A program made the translations under genes and the position numbers. A DNA stretch of 64,000 nucleotides from an uncultured Thermoplasmatales archaeon (GTDB lineage: Archaea > Thermoplasmatota > SW-10-69-26), in NCBI GenBank assembly GCA_964396185.1, contig CAYNEI010000001.1, positions 76,014 through 140,013 of the forward strand. Reading direction: 5' to 3'. This document shows positions 44,001-56,900 of this stretch, piece by piece (position 1 is the stretch's first letter; the number at the start of each line of letters is the position of its first letter). The notes below the pieces were generated by a model. That model ran no database searches. It worked only from the letters and a program-made list of their open reading frames with translations, and was not told the DNA's origin.

Positions 44001-44997
44001 GTTCCAGGGCGACGACGTAGATCGACGTGGACCCGGTCGGGGCGGGTGCGAGCAGGGTGCGATCGGCGGAGTGGCCGTGGATCCCGGAGAGGGGGATGAC
44101 CTTGCGCTTGTCTGGCTCGCCACCGGAGCTCGCGTACGCAGGACCAGGCCACGCGTAGACGGCCACAGGCGTGGAGGCCTCCACGCGCACGGGCTGAGCC
44201 TGCTCGCCTGTGTTGAGGCTGCAGGTGACCCACTGGGACGGGCTTACGCTTCCGCTGGTGCACGCGATGGGCGCCCATCCCTCGGGGGTGAGCTGCTGGG
44301 CCTCGACGCTGCCGGTGTAGCCGCTGCCGATGGCCAGGCGCACCGCGCCTTGCGCGATGCCGATGTTGCGGTGGCCCGCGCCTGGGCCGGCCAGCGCTTG
44401 CAGGATCTGGTGCTCGCGCACGGGATCGCGGGGCAGGGGGTCGTCGGTGCCGTCCTCCTCGCGGTCGAAGTAGATGAAGTAGTCGTCCACGCCGCGCTCG
44501 GCGGCGAAGGCGACGGTGACCACGTCGTGGCCGGCCTCCACGGTGCCCGGCGGCTCGAACGGGGCGCCATCCCAGGCCAGGTGGCTCAAGGGTTCGGCTT
44601 CCCCGTCGGCCGGCACGACGCGGATGCTGTCCATGTCAACGGTGAACCGCAGCGGTTGATCGGTGACGGCGTCCAGGGGCCAGTTGCCGCGCTGGAGCAC
44701 CTCGGTGACGTCGAGCGCGTGGGCCACCACGCGCTCGCCGGACCATGTGCTCGGGTAGGCGCCGGTGAGCGAGAGGCTCAGCGGGACGCGGACCTTGAGG
44801 GTCTCGTCGTACCAGGGCGCCCAGTCCTCGGGGGCAGGCGCGATCGTTGTCCCGGAGGTGGTCTCCCCGTCGTCCCCGGTCTCGTCTGCATCCCCTTGCG
44901 CGGTGATGGGGACCGGGAGCAGGAGAAGGGCCAGCAGCACCACGACGAAGGTGGGAAGCGCTTGGGCGCCGGTGCGCCTGCGCGGGGCCCTGGTCAC
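41017..44997 (-). CDS. Giant anchored surface protein (1326 aa) with CARDB/NEW3-like beta-sandwich repeats
   Basis: Signal peptide is MTRAPRRRTGAQALPTFVVVLLALLLLPVPITAQG. C-terminal-half repeats of the V.N.G....v.l type: RTLEIDVENRGNAAGEAGLAL, FKALVSVTNTGDAPARDVSLVLTSD, ATANLVLANRGSPVNVRI. The C-terminal anchor is APLPWSLSLVALLAAWGVLWRRRNL. The GTG start overlaps the upstream stop (GTGA). Confidence 0.85.
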   Translation of the reverse strand: MTRAPRRRTGAQALPTFVVVLLALLLLPVPITAQGDADETGDDGETTSGTTIAPAPEDWAPWYDETLKVRVPLSLSLTGAYPSTWSGERVVAHALDVTEVLQRGNWPLDAVTDQPLRFTVDMDSIRVVPADGEAEPLSHLAWDGAPFEPPGTVEAGHDVVTVAFAAERGVDDYFIYFDREEDGTDDPLPRDPVREHQILQALAGPGAGHRNIGIAQGAVRLAIGSGYTGSVEAQQLTPEGWAPIACTSGSVSPSQWVTCSLNTGEQAQPVRVEASTPVAVYAWPGPAYASSGGEPDKRKVIPLSGIHGHSADRTLLAPAPTGSTSIYVVALEPCPGGCSVTPTPGGAPSALSVGIPREIPLSQPALLEANGPIIGWLQGSGRGPANLPVGITPNATFAGMTSPEVMDRFEPRLSATGDDGARILLTDEDGSVSAERRFAQGQPVNPAHDLTATTWTQVADFQGRGFMLQAENTLYWPQLLEADVQGSTDVPDQVSGITQLGPTPVGATGWIGEDPSPHSRSEASRESVRLISLPFQGEDSLRIALSTQEQAGIIVEDGKGGSASPLATEALRYSEDGNSKESGTIDIDGALAEVFAAGTTGPLAAFAIYGDLDDSKPGNVRDAVSGLFAGQLEGVPAEEGAPDILGALFQLAIEPPDVFARPGETVTLSLMGTGFIQRVDGSRAELSLSFSTNTSGGPPGLPPDLLLASSSATLDPSELTKVTDLQVKLPAQYPPDALPTTYAVAVTGDPEGVEGDDVTTRSTLTVRVKRDVSLTFEDGTHETALETEDGRATTPLILRNLGTGPQAVTLTISMPPVQGWSVEVTERGAPVSSLTLPPGGQARLELAIDAPEGTAVVLPVTVSAQGTQDASVSDSVTAQVVHNVELDVDARILPDLVSLPRGATATANLVLANRGSPVNVRISPLETEGLQLEAARSSVNLGEEGTGVENATIPINLTVAPDAPLGAVLVGTVEALYGRGQDLEPTRQLLSLRARVVPVHDLSVVDRIDALPGLEQPVRVDVLNEGDVDERLELTVLRAPLNWQVDLPDVLEAPQNTTTPLRFNLTLPPGIPAGSESIRLLADPASAGEDLTITIPVRVLDGPAFQFELPDQLEMGLGERRTLEIDVENRGNAAGEAGLALDGPGVESTAIPEAITLGPGDTDTISLRLAATELGNHTLVGTIDPSPAHELTVRVGQVAFELDVVSTDPAPPRPGEPFKALVSVTNTGDAPARDVSLVLTSDEGPLVNETIGMLAPGRSATITLATQSLPTLDGLQVLVDPEGRYENAGATTTGLPGAGADAPLPWSLSLVALLAAWGVLWRRRNL

Positions 44998-47900
44998 TCG
45001 CGGCGCACCCCCTTGGCAGCCAGCGCCACGAGGGAAGCCGCTGCCAGAAGGAACAGCATGGAGGGGCCCGGCACGGTGGACACCGTCTCGGAGCCGAACC
45101 GGGAGCCGGCCACCTCGACGCTCTCGATCTGGCCGGCCACGTCGTTGGATTGGAAGGCCTCCAGGTTCACCGCGCCCAGGCTAAGCGTGCCCGAGCGGGG
45201 CAGCACGACGTCGTGGCTGACGAGCTGGGTCTCCCCGGGCTCAAGCAGGCCGATCTCCTGGGTGCCCACGAGCTCTCCGTCCACCAGGAACCCGAGCGGC
45301 GTGTTGTTCAGGGGTTGGCTGCCCATGTTCTCGGCGTTGGCCACGATGGTCACCGTCATGCCTTGCTCGAGGTTGACGCTGGGTCTCAGGTTGATGGACG
45401 CAACGTGCACGTCCGTGGGGTCCGGGCCACTGGGGAGCTCGGCCTCGTAGAGGCGCGTGCCGGCCAGGTCCTCGAGCACGAGCTGGCCCGGGGTTCCAAG
45501 CTCCGGGCTCCAGTCGTAGCGCACGGTGGTCTCTTGGCCGGGTTGGAGCGAGACCACGGGGCTCGACGAGAGCACGGCGGCACCCTGGATGGTCAGGTGA
45601 CCGGCGGCCGGCGCGTTCCCGATGTTGGACAGGTTCGTGGACAGGGCCAGGGTCCCGTTGATCCCGCGCCGTGGCTCGGTGTCGTCCATGGCGAAGGCCG
45701 GGGCGCGCTGCACCGTGAACCGCACGGTCTCGTTCGTCACGAGGTCCTCGCTCTCAAGGCGCAACGCGACATCCTGGGAGCCAGGCAGGGCACCCTGCTT
45801 GACCGTGAGCGGGAGCGTGAGGGTGGCGTTGGTGGCCGTCGGAAGCTCCACCTCGGCGGCCCCCGTGATGTTGTCGCCTTGGGCGACCAGCGTCCCGCGC
45901 AGGGGCACGTTGCCGGTGTTCTCGACGCTCACCTGGATGGGCGTGGTGCCGGGCTTGATCCGGGTGGTGGAGAGCTCGAAGCTGGCCTGGGCGTCGCGGG
46001 CCACCTCGAAGGTGATGGCCTGGGCCTTGGGTTGGGTGGGCAGGCGCGCGGTGCGCTCGCCAGGGGAGCTGCCCTCGGAAGCGAAGAGCAGCACGGTGAC
46101 GCTCTCCTCGCTGCCAGCCTCGACGGTGAGCGGCTGGTCGAGCACGGCAGCCATGGCGAAGGAGTCACCGACCACGGGCTCCACGCCGATCTGGGCGGGC
46201 ACGGTCCCGTCGTTGGAGACCGTGGCCTGCACCAGGGTCGGCTGACCCGGCTTGATCGTGACGCCCTTCTCCAGGGAGACCTTGAGGCCCGCCTTACGCA
46301 CCTCGACCTCCTGGGTGAACGTGTTGTCGCGGGCTGCCGAGGTCCCGTCGACGCGGATGGCCTTGAACTCGTTGGGGGCCTGAACCGAGGCGATGACCAC
46401 GATCTCGCCGGCGGTGACCGGGATCCAGTCGGCCTCGATGACGTGCTGTTGGCCAGGGTCGATGTCCGGCAGTTCCACCGTGAGGTCCTCGAGGATCGGG
46501 AGCAGCCCGTTCTCGGTGAGGGTGAGCTCGGCGCTCGTCGCCGGCACGCCACCCTTGTTCTCGATGACGATCTGGATGGGCACGCGCTCCCCGGCCGTGA
46601 CGGCCTCGGGGATGCCGCGCAGCTCCACGGCCAAGTCAGGCCGCTGGAGCGGGGTCACGTCGATGATCTTGTCTGCAACGTTGTTGCAGCCCACGCCCGG
46701 CAGGCACTCGGCCTCCTCGTAGACCAGGCCCTGGAAGGCCCGGAGCTCAGGCGTGGCCAAGACGGCCACATCACCCTCGTCGGGGTCGGCCACGATGCGC
46801 AACCTGTGCTCGCCGGGCTCGAGGGGGTTCCACTTGAAGAGAGCCTTGACCTGTCCGCCTGGCGGGATGCTCACCGTGGTCTCCTTCTCGCCGGTGAGGC
46901 TCTCGAGCACGCGGAACCCGCTGGGCCCGGAGACGCTGGCTTGGACGGCCACGCCCTTGGCTTGGCGCTCGCCCTTGTTCTCGACGGTGACCGAGAACGC
47001 GGCCTCGCGCCCGACCTCGAGGTTCTGGACGCTGATGTCCTCGGGCACCACCGAGATGTCGGGCCGGGGCTCAGCGTCGGTGGAGATCTCCGTTCGGCCA
47101 GCCGACTGCATGCCGCCAAGCCCGCGCAGAAGCGCCTCCCCGCTCTTTCCCACAGAGGCTTCCACGTTGTTGTCCAGCGCGGTGAGGTAGGCGTTGGTGC
47201 CTGTGCCAGAGACCGCGCCTGGGGCTTGGAGGGGGTAGGCGACGATGTCGAGGTTGACCGTGGGCCCGCTGGAGCGTCCAGCCGGGATGTTCACGCGCCA
47301 GGTCCCTTCGACCTCCGTGTGCTGTGCCAGCTCGATGGGCTCCATGATCCCGGTCTCGGAGTCGTAGAGGATCTCACCCTCGGGGCCCGTGATCTGCATC
47401 TCCCAGGAGCGCGGCACTTGCGTGCCGGGGACCACGTGGAACACATCCGAGCCAGCACCCGCGTTCTCGAAGGTGAAGCGGAACCGCTTCTCCGTGCCGG
47501 GCCCGGCCAGGATCTCCTCCTCGGCCACCGTGACCTGTGGCATGGCGCTCAGGATGCCCGGCTGGTCGACGAGCACGCGGGACGGGGCGTCGGTGTTGCA
47601 GTTGTTGACCACGAGGTAGAACTCCACGCTTGCCGCGCCTGCAGCGAACAGGGGCGCCATCTCGTCGGCGGTCAGCGGGTAGACGGCGGTGTGCCAGGCC
47701 GAGAGGAGGTTGGGCTGGCCGGTGCCGCCGCGGGTACCGTAGGCGATGTCCGCCTGCTCGCCCTCCAGGGCCCACTCGGCTGGCGTGTTGCGACCGGGCT
47801 GGTTGGCCTGGTCGACTCGATCGCAGATGTCCATGTCTTGCTGGTTCTCATGCGCCTTACGCTTGATCGTGGGGTCCGGGCTGTAGCCAGCCAGGGTGCA

Positions 47901-50900
47901 CAAGCCGCTCGTCGGGCTCTCCGTGGTGCACGCGTCGAGGTGGCCCCCGTTGTTGGCTCGAGCCTCGGCGACGACCGCCATGGAACCGTAGTTCGCTCCA
48001 GAGGTGATCGGGTGGTTGGCCAAGCTGCGCTGGTGCTGGAAGACCAGGGCAGGCACTGGGCCCTCCTTGCCACCGTGCAGGTCGAGCATGTCACGCAGAT
48101 CCCCCGTGCTCATCTCGGCCAGCAGCATGGCTTGCACCTCGCCGCGGTCAGCCGTGACCAGGTAGCCCTCCTCGCTGGGCACTTGGCCTGGCAGAGCGGG
48201 CTTGGCGAACTCGGGATCCATCTCGATGTCCCCCTCGCCTCCTGCGGGGGCTGGGCCGGAGACATCGTCCATCTCGTGGTCCTCGGTGGCGCGGTAGTCA
48301 TCCCAGGCCTCGGTCAGATCCGACTCATCGTTGTCCGGGATCCCCTGCTGGACCTGGGCGAGCACGGTCATGCGCGTGTTCTCCTGGCGGGGGAGGTCGA
48401 CGGGCACCGTGATCTGCTCCTGGGGGGTCCAGGGCAGAAGGATGGTGGATGGGATCGGGGTCGAGCCCACAGCGCGGTTGTTGCGCTGGGTGATGAGCTC
48501 GCCGGCCAGCTCGACGGGGGCGCCCGTGGGGTTGGTGAACGTGAGGATCGCGTTGCGTGGCGAACCGGCGGGCGCGCGGTCGGGCGTGATCTCGATCTGG
48601 GCCAAGCCGGGCGCCTGGAGCGCTGCGGGGCCGATGATGTCCAGGGTGACGTGGTCGTCGGCCGGGTTGGGGTCGACGAGCTGGCGGCAGGCGAAGCGCT
48701 CGTGCTCGGCCAGGTCCTCTAAGTCCGTGGGGCAATCTCCCACGCTCTGGGTGAGCTCCTCTGGGAAGCTTCGCACGTAAACCCGCATGGAGACGATGTC
48801 CTCGGGGACCGCTGGGTCCTCGCGATCGCGCAGCTCGGGGTGGGCATCCCGGATCTCAGCCCAGGGGACCGTGATCGTTGCAGAGCCGCTGCCCTCGTCG
48901 GGGTCCACGTCCACGTCCCAGGTGTGGTTGTGCTCCAGGGGGTCTTGGTCCAGGTGGAAGCGGCGCTCGAGGCAGCGCGGGTTGCGGTGCTCGTCCTCTT
49001 CGGGGTTCTCAAGCTCGATGCAGACCCCGACCTCGAGCTCCCAGTTGGCCTGGGACCGGCCGGGTTCCTTGACGTCGATCTTGAGCTCGGGGATCACATC
49101 AGGACCGAGCACGCGCTGGTTGCGGAAGAACGTGGAGCCTACGAGCTCGGCGTCGACGCCGTGGGTGAACCGGGGCTCCATGGTCTGGACCGCGGTCTCC
49201 GCGAGCTCGAAGACCCCCTCGTGGATCGTGTCGTCGGTGAGCCCGCGCAGCGTGGGCTGGTAGGTCTTGGCCTTGGGGGCGGCCAGGAGCAGCTCTGTCG
49301 TGGCGATGCGCATGCTGCCCTCATCGTCCGGCGACCAGATGCGCAGGCCCACCCGTGTGATGTGGCCGGCCAGTGGCGTCAAGTCGGCGCAGACCGTCCT
49401 GTTCGTGGTCGAGCTGTCGACCCGGGCGACGTCACCGGGCAGGGGCCCGACCAGGCGGTTGGCGTTGGCGCCCAGGGGTGTCGGAGCGCGCTCCTCGTCG
49501 CTGTCCGCGCGCAACGGGCTGGTGCAGTCGAAGCTCCAAGGACGAGCATCGTCGGGACCAAGGAGCTTGAGCGGCTCCCAGTCGACGCGCGCGGGGGCTT
49601 GCTCGCCGAAGGCCTCCGTGGACTCCACTGGGATGCCCACGACTTGCACGCGGTTGCCGCTGCCGTTGGCCGTAGCGTTGAACCGGAGCACGGCGGTGGC
49701 GTTGGCCGCGCTGGCCGGATCGTCGCTGCCGTTGCAGTTCGGGTTGTCGTCGTTGGCGCTGGTCTCGAGGCAGCCGCGCACGGCGCGGATGTCCAGGGTG
49801 GTGGCCGTGTCCACGTAGCGGAACGGGTTGGGCAGCCGCTGGTCGTCGTCGCTGCAGCCGGTGCGCTGGACCTCACCGTCGATGGTCTCGGTGTCCCAAG
49901 CGATGCAGCCATCGCGGTCAGGCAGGATGAGGTCCTCGCGGGACTTCTCCTGGTCGTTCTCGTTGACCCACTTGAACCGGTCTTCCTTGAGCTCGCGCTC
50001 CCGCATGAGCGGGGAGATCCACTCCTCTGCATCCGTGAGCTGCCCGAGCTCGGCCTCGGTGGCGGGCGCGATGGTGCGCGCGCTGGAGCCGCTCCACTGG
50101 ATGATCTGCACATGGCCGCTATCGCCGCGGCTGGGGTTGGGGCCGGTGGTGCACACGCCCCAGTACCGCGGCACGTTCACGAATTCGAAGTCGTAGCGGT
50201 CCAGGCAGCGGTCACCGTTGTCGCCCACCTCGCGGTCGCCGACCCGGGAGGGGCCCATGGCGACATCGGGGCTGGAGTCGTCGGTGCCGAACTTGGTGTT
50301 GACCTCGCCGATGAACCAGCCGAGGTCCATGGCGTTGGTGTGGTTGGAGTAGCCGTCGAGCGCGAAGATCAAGTGCGCGTTCGTCGGGAGGGACTTGTGC
50401 ACCCCGCTCAGGGGGCAGGAGCCGAGCGCTTCCCCCTCGAACTTCGTCTCCTTGGTCCACGGGCGCTGCTGGTCGAGGATCTGCTCGATGGCTGGCCGGA
50501 GGTCGATCTCGTAGATGACGCGCGTCCAGCCGGTGCGGTGCTCGTCCTGGAGAGCCGTGATGATGCGGCCCGGGAGTCTGGCGGGATCACCATCGCCGGT
50601 GGGGCCGACGAGCTGGTTGGTGAAGAAGCGCACGGAGGGATCCCAGGTGTCCTCCATGATGCGGCGCTCGAAGGTCTCGACAAGCATCTTGGTGGCGCCC
50701 TGCTCGACCTGCTCGGCCATGGAGCACCACTCGCCCGTCTTGAGGGGGAGGCGGAGCTCGTGGTGGACGGGATCGTTCTCGTCCGTCGCCGAGAGGTAGG
50801 GTGCGGTGGGGAGCCAGAACGCCCGGCGACCCTCGCTGGGGGGCTCATCGAGCGTGAGCCCGCCGAAGTCGTCCCATGCGTCGGGCGCGATGCGCTTGGC

Positions 50901-53900
50901 AGGCCGCATGTCCCCGGCGGCCAGATCCGTGGACCAGGCCCGCACGGGCTCGTTGTGCTCTCCGGTGATGGCGGGGACGGCCTCGCCAGCGCGGGCGCCA
51001 GCGTGGCTGGAGGCAAGCACCTGGTCGGGGCTCACAGCCGTGTGGAACGGATGCGTGGTGTCCCGGCGGTCCACGGCCTCGGAGCGCTCGGACCAGTTGA
51101 CCGCGACACCGTCGAACCCGGTCTCCAGGTCGATGGTGCCGTTGAGCATGAGCGCGGAGACGGGCGAGGCCACCAGGTCGAGCTGGCCGTCCAGCGGCAG
51201 GTCCTCGCGGGCCTGGCTGGGCACGCGCAGCCCGTCGCCGAAGCGTGGCTGGGGGGTCAGCGTCCAGTGGTCGTAGTCGCCGGCCTGGCCGGTGATAGCC
51301 TGCTGGGTGAGCACGAGGAGGCGGTCGCCGCCTTGAGCGATCAGCGTGGCCTCGGACGAGCGGGATGCAGCCGGGTTCTCGGCTGTGGCCGTGACCAGCA
51401 CGGTCTGGCTGCCTGCATCGCGCGGCGTGATGAGCACCCTGGCGGTGGCGTTCTTTCCTGGCAGCAGCAGCGGGATCGGCTCGTCTGCGAGCCGCTCGGT
51501 GCCAGCCGGGTCCAGGGCCACGGTGACGGTGACGTTGCGAAGCGGCACGTTGCCCTTGTTCTCCACGAGCACCGGGATCGGGATCTCGTCTCCCGTGATG
51601 GCCGTGCGCGGCGGATCGATGTCGCTGACCACCAGGCGCGGGAGCGACCGCGTGAGGCCCGTGAGACGGACCACGTTGTCGCCGGGATTGGGGTCGTCGG
51701 TGGCCACGGGGGCCTCGAGGACCTCGAAGGTGACTGGGAGTACGCGCTGGCCGAAGGGAACGCCGGCCTGGCGGAACAGGACCAGGGCCACGTAGGTGCC
51801 GGCCTCGAGGTCCTCGAAGACGACGCGGCCGGTCTCGGAGCCCTTCTGCTCGAGGTTGCCGTCGCTGGTGGGCACGCGCACGGTCCAGAACGGTCGATCG
51901 CTGTTGGACGCGACGTTGATGACGACACGGCTACCTGGCGCGCTGGCGGTCACCTTCGCGGTGACCTCCGCGCCCTGCTCCTTAGCCATGCCCTTGGGGG
52001 CCGGCGAGAGGAACGTTTCCGGGGCCTTCTGGCCCCAGGGGTCCTCCAGGGTCGCCTTGACCACCGCATCAAGGGGCTCGATGTCCACGTTGCGCTGGAC
52101 CGTGATCTCGGTCCAGCTCACGGTGATGTCGCCGGAATAGCTGTCCTGGATGGTGGTCTCGAGACCCTGGCCCTCCACCACGAGGGTGTACTCACCAGGG
52201 AGCTCCACCGGGATCGACAGCTCCTCGTCGGTATCGCCGTTGTCGACGTTCATGGCACCGATCTCTTCGCCTTGCGGGTCGATGACGCGGAAGGTGAGCC
52301 GGGTGGCACCACTGTCCTCCGGGATCGTGGCCGTGACGTCGACGAGGGCCTCGTCTTCGTTGACGTCGAAGAAGTACTCCTTGTGGTAGAACGGGTCGGG
52401 GACGACCTCGCCGATGGGGGTGATGGAGGAGCGGGTCTCCAGCTCCGCGCGGTCGGCGGGGTTGCGCGTGCCCTCAGCGGTGATGGAGAGCTGGTTCGTG
52501 CGTACCCTCACATCGCTGCGCTCCCCGATGATCTCGTGGTCGAAGTTGCGCCTGAGATCGTCGCCGCAGTCGTCGCCGTCTACGCCGGTGGCGCGGATCA
52601 CGAGGCTGCCGTCGTCCATGCGCGTGGTGGGCAGGAGCTCGGGCGCCTCGCTGATGGGCTGACCTGGCCCGGTCTGCACGGTGAGCCGGCGCTCGAAGCG
52701 GTCGAGCTCCTCGTCGGGGGCCTCCCAGCCAAGCGAGCTGGTCTCGAAGACCATCTGCTTGCCTGGTGGCAGGCCTGGGAGCCCGGTGTCCGGGTCCTGG
52801 AGCGCGATGGGTACCACGGTGGGCGGGATGACGTCCCCGTGGCTGTCCTCGGCCACGCACCCGTCGTTGTCCAGGATGACGCGGCGCACGGTGGCCTCCT
52901 GGAGGGTCGAGGCGCCGGTGTTGTTCACGATGAGCTTGAAGCGCTCCTCGACGCCTGGCGCGATGAAGGGGGCCGGGTCGTGGTCGGCAGCGAGGTCCAG
53001 GGGCGGGGCGCCCTCGCGCACGTTCCAGTCATCGACGCGGAGCTGCCCGGCCGAGCGGGCGTGTTTGGCCAGGCCCATGGCGTGGATCTCAAGGACCACA
53101 CGCTGGCCCTGGAAGGGGGTGAGGTCGAACTGCACGTCCGTCCAGTTCGTCGGCAGCGCGAAGACGGGCTCGTCGTGGCCGAAGACGAGCTCGGTGGGCA
53201 CGCAGGCGTTGGTGGGATCCGGGACGAGGAAGCTCGCGGAGCCCCCGAATTCCGTTTGGAAGCAGTCCGCCAGGAGGGCGGCGTCGAAGTTCACGTCCGT
53301 GAGCTCCCTGAAATCGGCTTGCTTGACGATGGCGGGCGGGGTCTGGTGAGTGGCTGTCCCGTTGAACAGCACGGGCACGTTGCCGTCCTCGACCTCGCTG
53401 CAGTTGTCGTAGCCGCCCAGGGGCTCGATGGTCTCGGCGGGGCCAAGGCTTCCATCGGCAAGCACGGGCCGGGCGCGGACGTTCCAGCCCACGCGCGTGT
53501 AGACGGTGCCGTTGGTGGAATCCTCCTCTTTGTCGCATGCCTTGCCGACCGCGTCGGGGAGCTGGGATAATCGCGTGTGCATCTCTGAGACGGGAGAGGC
53601 GTAGCCGCTGAGATCGAGCACCGGGCTCTGGAGAACGCCGTAGGTCACGGGGTCGTCGGTTCGGATGGACACGCGGCCACTGGGGTGGACGTGCTTGACC
53701 GGGGTGGTTGAGGCTGACTCGGCCTTGAAGTGATCGTGGGTCTGGGTGAACTCGGACGGCCTGTCGTCGCCCAGGGCTGTGCCCCTCCAGACGAACGCGC
53801 CGGGAGCCACGCTGTCCGGGTTGCCGCCCAGGGGTTCGAAGTTCCAGGGGAGCGTGAGGTTCTCGCTGGCCGGGAGGAAGCCCCAGCCCTGGATGCCCGT

Positions 53901-56900
53901 GGGGGGCAGGGCACTGGTCGGCTTGCTGCACGCGTACGAGGCGGTCAGCGGCGCATCGCACAGGCGCTCCATGCGGATCTCGACGCCGGCGCGCTCGTGC
54001 TGTACCGTCATGTTGTCCACGGTCCACACGGGCACGGCATCGGGGGACCAGCCCAGCTCGGGCCGGGTCTTGATGAACGGATCCTGCTTGCAGACGACGA
54101 CCGTGTTGTCAGCACTGGAGCAAGCGTTCGGGTTGAGGGTACCGGTGGCGGCCCGGGCTTCCAGCTCGGGGCGCACGCGCTCAGGTCGCTCGGTGACCGC
54201 TGCGCTGGCGAGCACGTCCTCGAAGTTGCTCACGGTCTCCAGATCGAAGACGACGTAGAACTTGCCCTCGCGGATGGCTTCCGTGGCGATCCCCGTCTCA
54301 AGGGCGCCTGGACCTTGGTTCTTGAGGATCGCTTGCCGGATGACCTCGGTGGCCGTGAGCTCGATGTGCTCCCAGCCTGAAGGCTCGGTGAACTCGACAG
54401 CGTCCACGGCCCCCTGAAGCTCACGGAGCGCCAACGCGTGGGCGCTCACATCATCCTCGGGGAGCGCGCAGTCCACGAAGGCGGGCTCAGACGGGCACCC
54501 CTCCTCCACGGTGCGCACGTACCCCGGTGCGCCGCAGATGTTGACCGGCTGGCCCGGCTCGCTCACGATGCCGGTGTCGTCAAGGCCCTCCAGGATCCCG
54601 ATGACGCCGCTGAGCTCCTCGAGGCCCAGGATCTGGCAGGCATCTCCCGGGACCTCGCGGATGCCGGGGATCTCGAAGACCTGGTCGAGCAGGGCGTCCA
54701 GGTTGGCTTGCCCTACCACCTCTTCGACCGCAGCGCGCAGGGTCGCATTCGGGATACCCTCGATGGTGACGTTCTGGACCTCGCGGAAAGCATCCACCAG
54801 GTCGGTGTCGTTCTGGGTGGGCACGATGAAGGCGCGGGCCCGGCTGCCGGTGCCGAGATCCTCGGCCAGGGAGTCGTAGAGGGCCTTGGTTGCGTGGTCG
54901 AACTCGACGCTGAGCTCATCACCAGGCTCCCAGCGCTCGGAGAGCACCTCGCTTGGATCAAGCTCGTAGGCGATGAGGTGGTGCTGGCGCACCTGCCACG
55001 TCTCAGGCACGGCGACCAGGCCCGTCTCATCCGGCAGATCGAAGCCTGCCTTGCCATCCACCAGGGAGGCGCAGAGAGCATCACCGACGAGTGGGACGTC
55101 GTTGACTGGGCCGATGCCCACTGTGGTCTGGTCGCAATCCTCGCCGAGGCCGACGAACGCGTGGTCGGCGAAGCCGCTGACGTCGCGGCTCGCGTCGATC
55201 TGGAGGTCCGCGCCGCTCGTGGCCAAAGCGCTTTCGCCCTGGAGCACGAACCGCGTCTCCGGCCCGCGGAAGCTGTCCAGCAGGTCCTGGGTGTATGTGC
55301 CCTCGGGTGTCTCGAAGGTGCCGTTGGGCAGCAGCGAGGTGGGGCCCTCCTTGACGCCGGTGACCTCCTCGGTGAGCGCGGGCGGGGCTGCCGTGTCGAA
55401 GGGCACGACCACGCTGGCCTGTGCCCCTGGGTCCACGGGGGTCTCGAGCACCAGCGCCCAGACGCCGGGCTCCGGGAGCTGCACGTCGAAGCCGACGTTG
55501 GCCTCCGGTGAGACAGCGCCCAGCACGTTGACGTCGCGGCTGTGGGGGACCGTGGTCCGGCCCACCTCGCCCAACGAGATAGCCTCGTCTGCCCGGGGCA
55601 GGCGCGTGATGCGATCGATGGGGATCAGGGTCCCTTGGACCGGGACGGAGAGCGGCGTGTTGCCGCGGTTCTCGATGGTGGCGTTGAAGCTGGCTGTACC
55701 ATCCTCGACCCCCTCGGCGGCCACGGAGAGATCGATGTCCGTGAGCTCCTCGATCGTGGTGGTCACGGTGGCTTCGTTGTTGAGCTGGTACGGGTCGCTG
55801 GGGATGGGCGTGCCGGGGGCCTGGCCCGGGGGCACGATCTCGGCCGTGATGTTCAGCTCGCCGAACGCGTCGGCAGGGAAGGAGATCGTGGTGACGTTGC
55901 GCTCCACGGGCTCAAGGGCCGGGATGGCCACGCGTCGCTCCATCTCGCCGCTGCGCACCACGAGGTCCACGGGGTTGCTGGTCAGCCGGCCGAGGTTGAC
56001 GACCTGGACCTCTGCTGGCACTTGGCCTTTGGGGAACGAGGAGTCGTGCGTCGGGTGCTCGATGAGCACGGCGATGTCCGTGGGGGGTCCAGTGTACTCG
56101 AGCCCGAAGGCGTCGATCCACCAGCCGCCGTCCTTGGTCGTGATGCCGGGTCCACCTGTGGCGTGCAGGCGGATCTCGACGCTCTCACCCGCGTACGGGG
56201 CAAGATCGAACCAGTGCTCGACGAACTCGGGGTTCTGGCTCCCGGCAGGCGCGCTGGTACCGATGAACCCGCGGCCTTCGCCTCGGATCACACCGGGGTA
56301 GCCGTAGAACTGGGTCGCCCCTGTGGCGAAGCTGCTCGTGTCGATGTTGACCTGGATGCCCTCCGTGCGGGCGGTCCCCTCCTTGGATCCGGGGTGCGTG
56401 GTGACCCAGAGCAGGCTCTCGCAGAACTTGGCCCACTCGGAAGGCCTGCTCTCTTCGCCGAGGTCCATGTCCTCGTCGCTGCCAGGGGAGGTGAACGGGA
56501 AGACGCCGACGCTCCCCCGACCGCGCTCGGCCTGGAAGTTGGAGGCTGCACCGCAGAGGATCTTCTCGCCGTCGGCGCGCGTGGCGTATGCAGCCACCGG
56601 GTCCAGGCGCGTCCACGAGTCGCCGGGGGTGCGCACCTCGAGCCAGCCACCGTCGCGGCCGTGGATGGACGCGGGGTCCTCGAACTGGTAGGCGTGACGC
56701 ATGGTGAGATGCAGCGCGCCAGCGCCAGCACGCAGGGTGGGGACGTCGATCTCCTGGGTGCCCATGATGAGGTTGCGGCAGACTTGGCGCAGCGGCATGG
56801 CCCCTGTGTCCAGGAAGCCTGGCCACGCCGAGCAGGTGCCCATAAGCCGGCCAGCCGTCTCGGGGCTAACCCCCTCCTCACGCAGGGCGTTGACCACGCC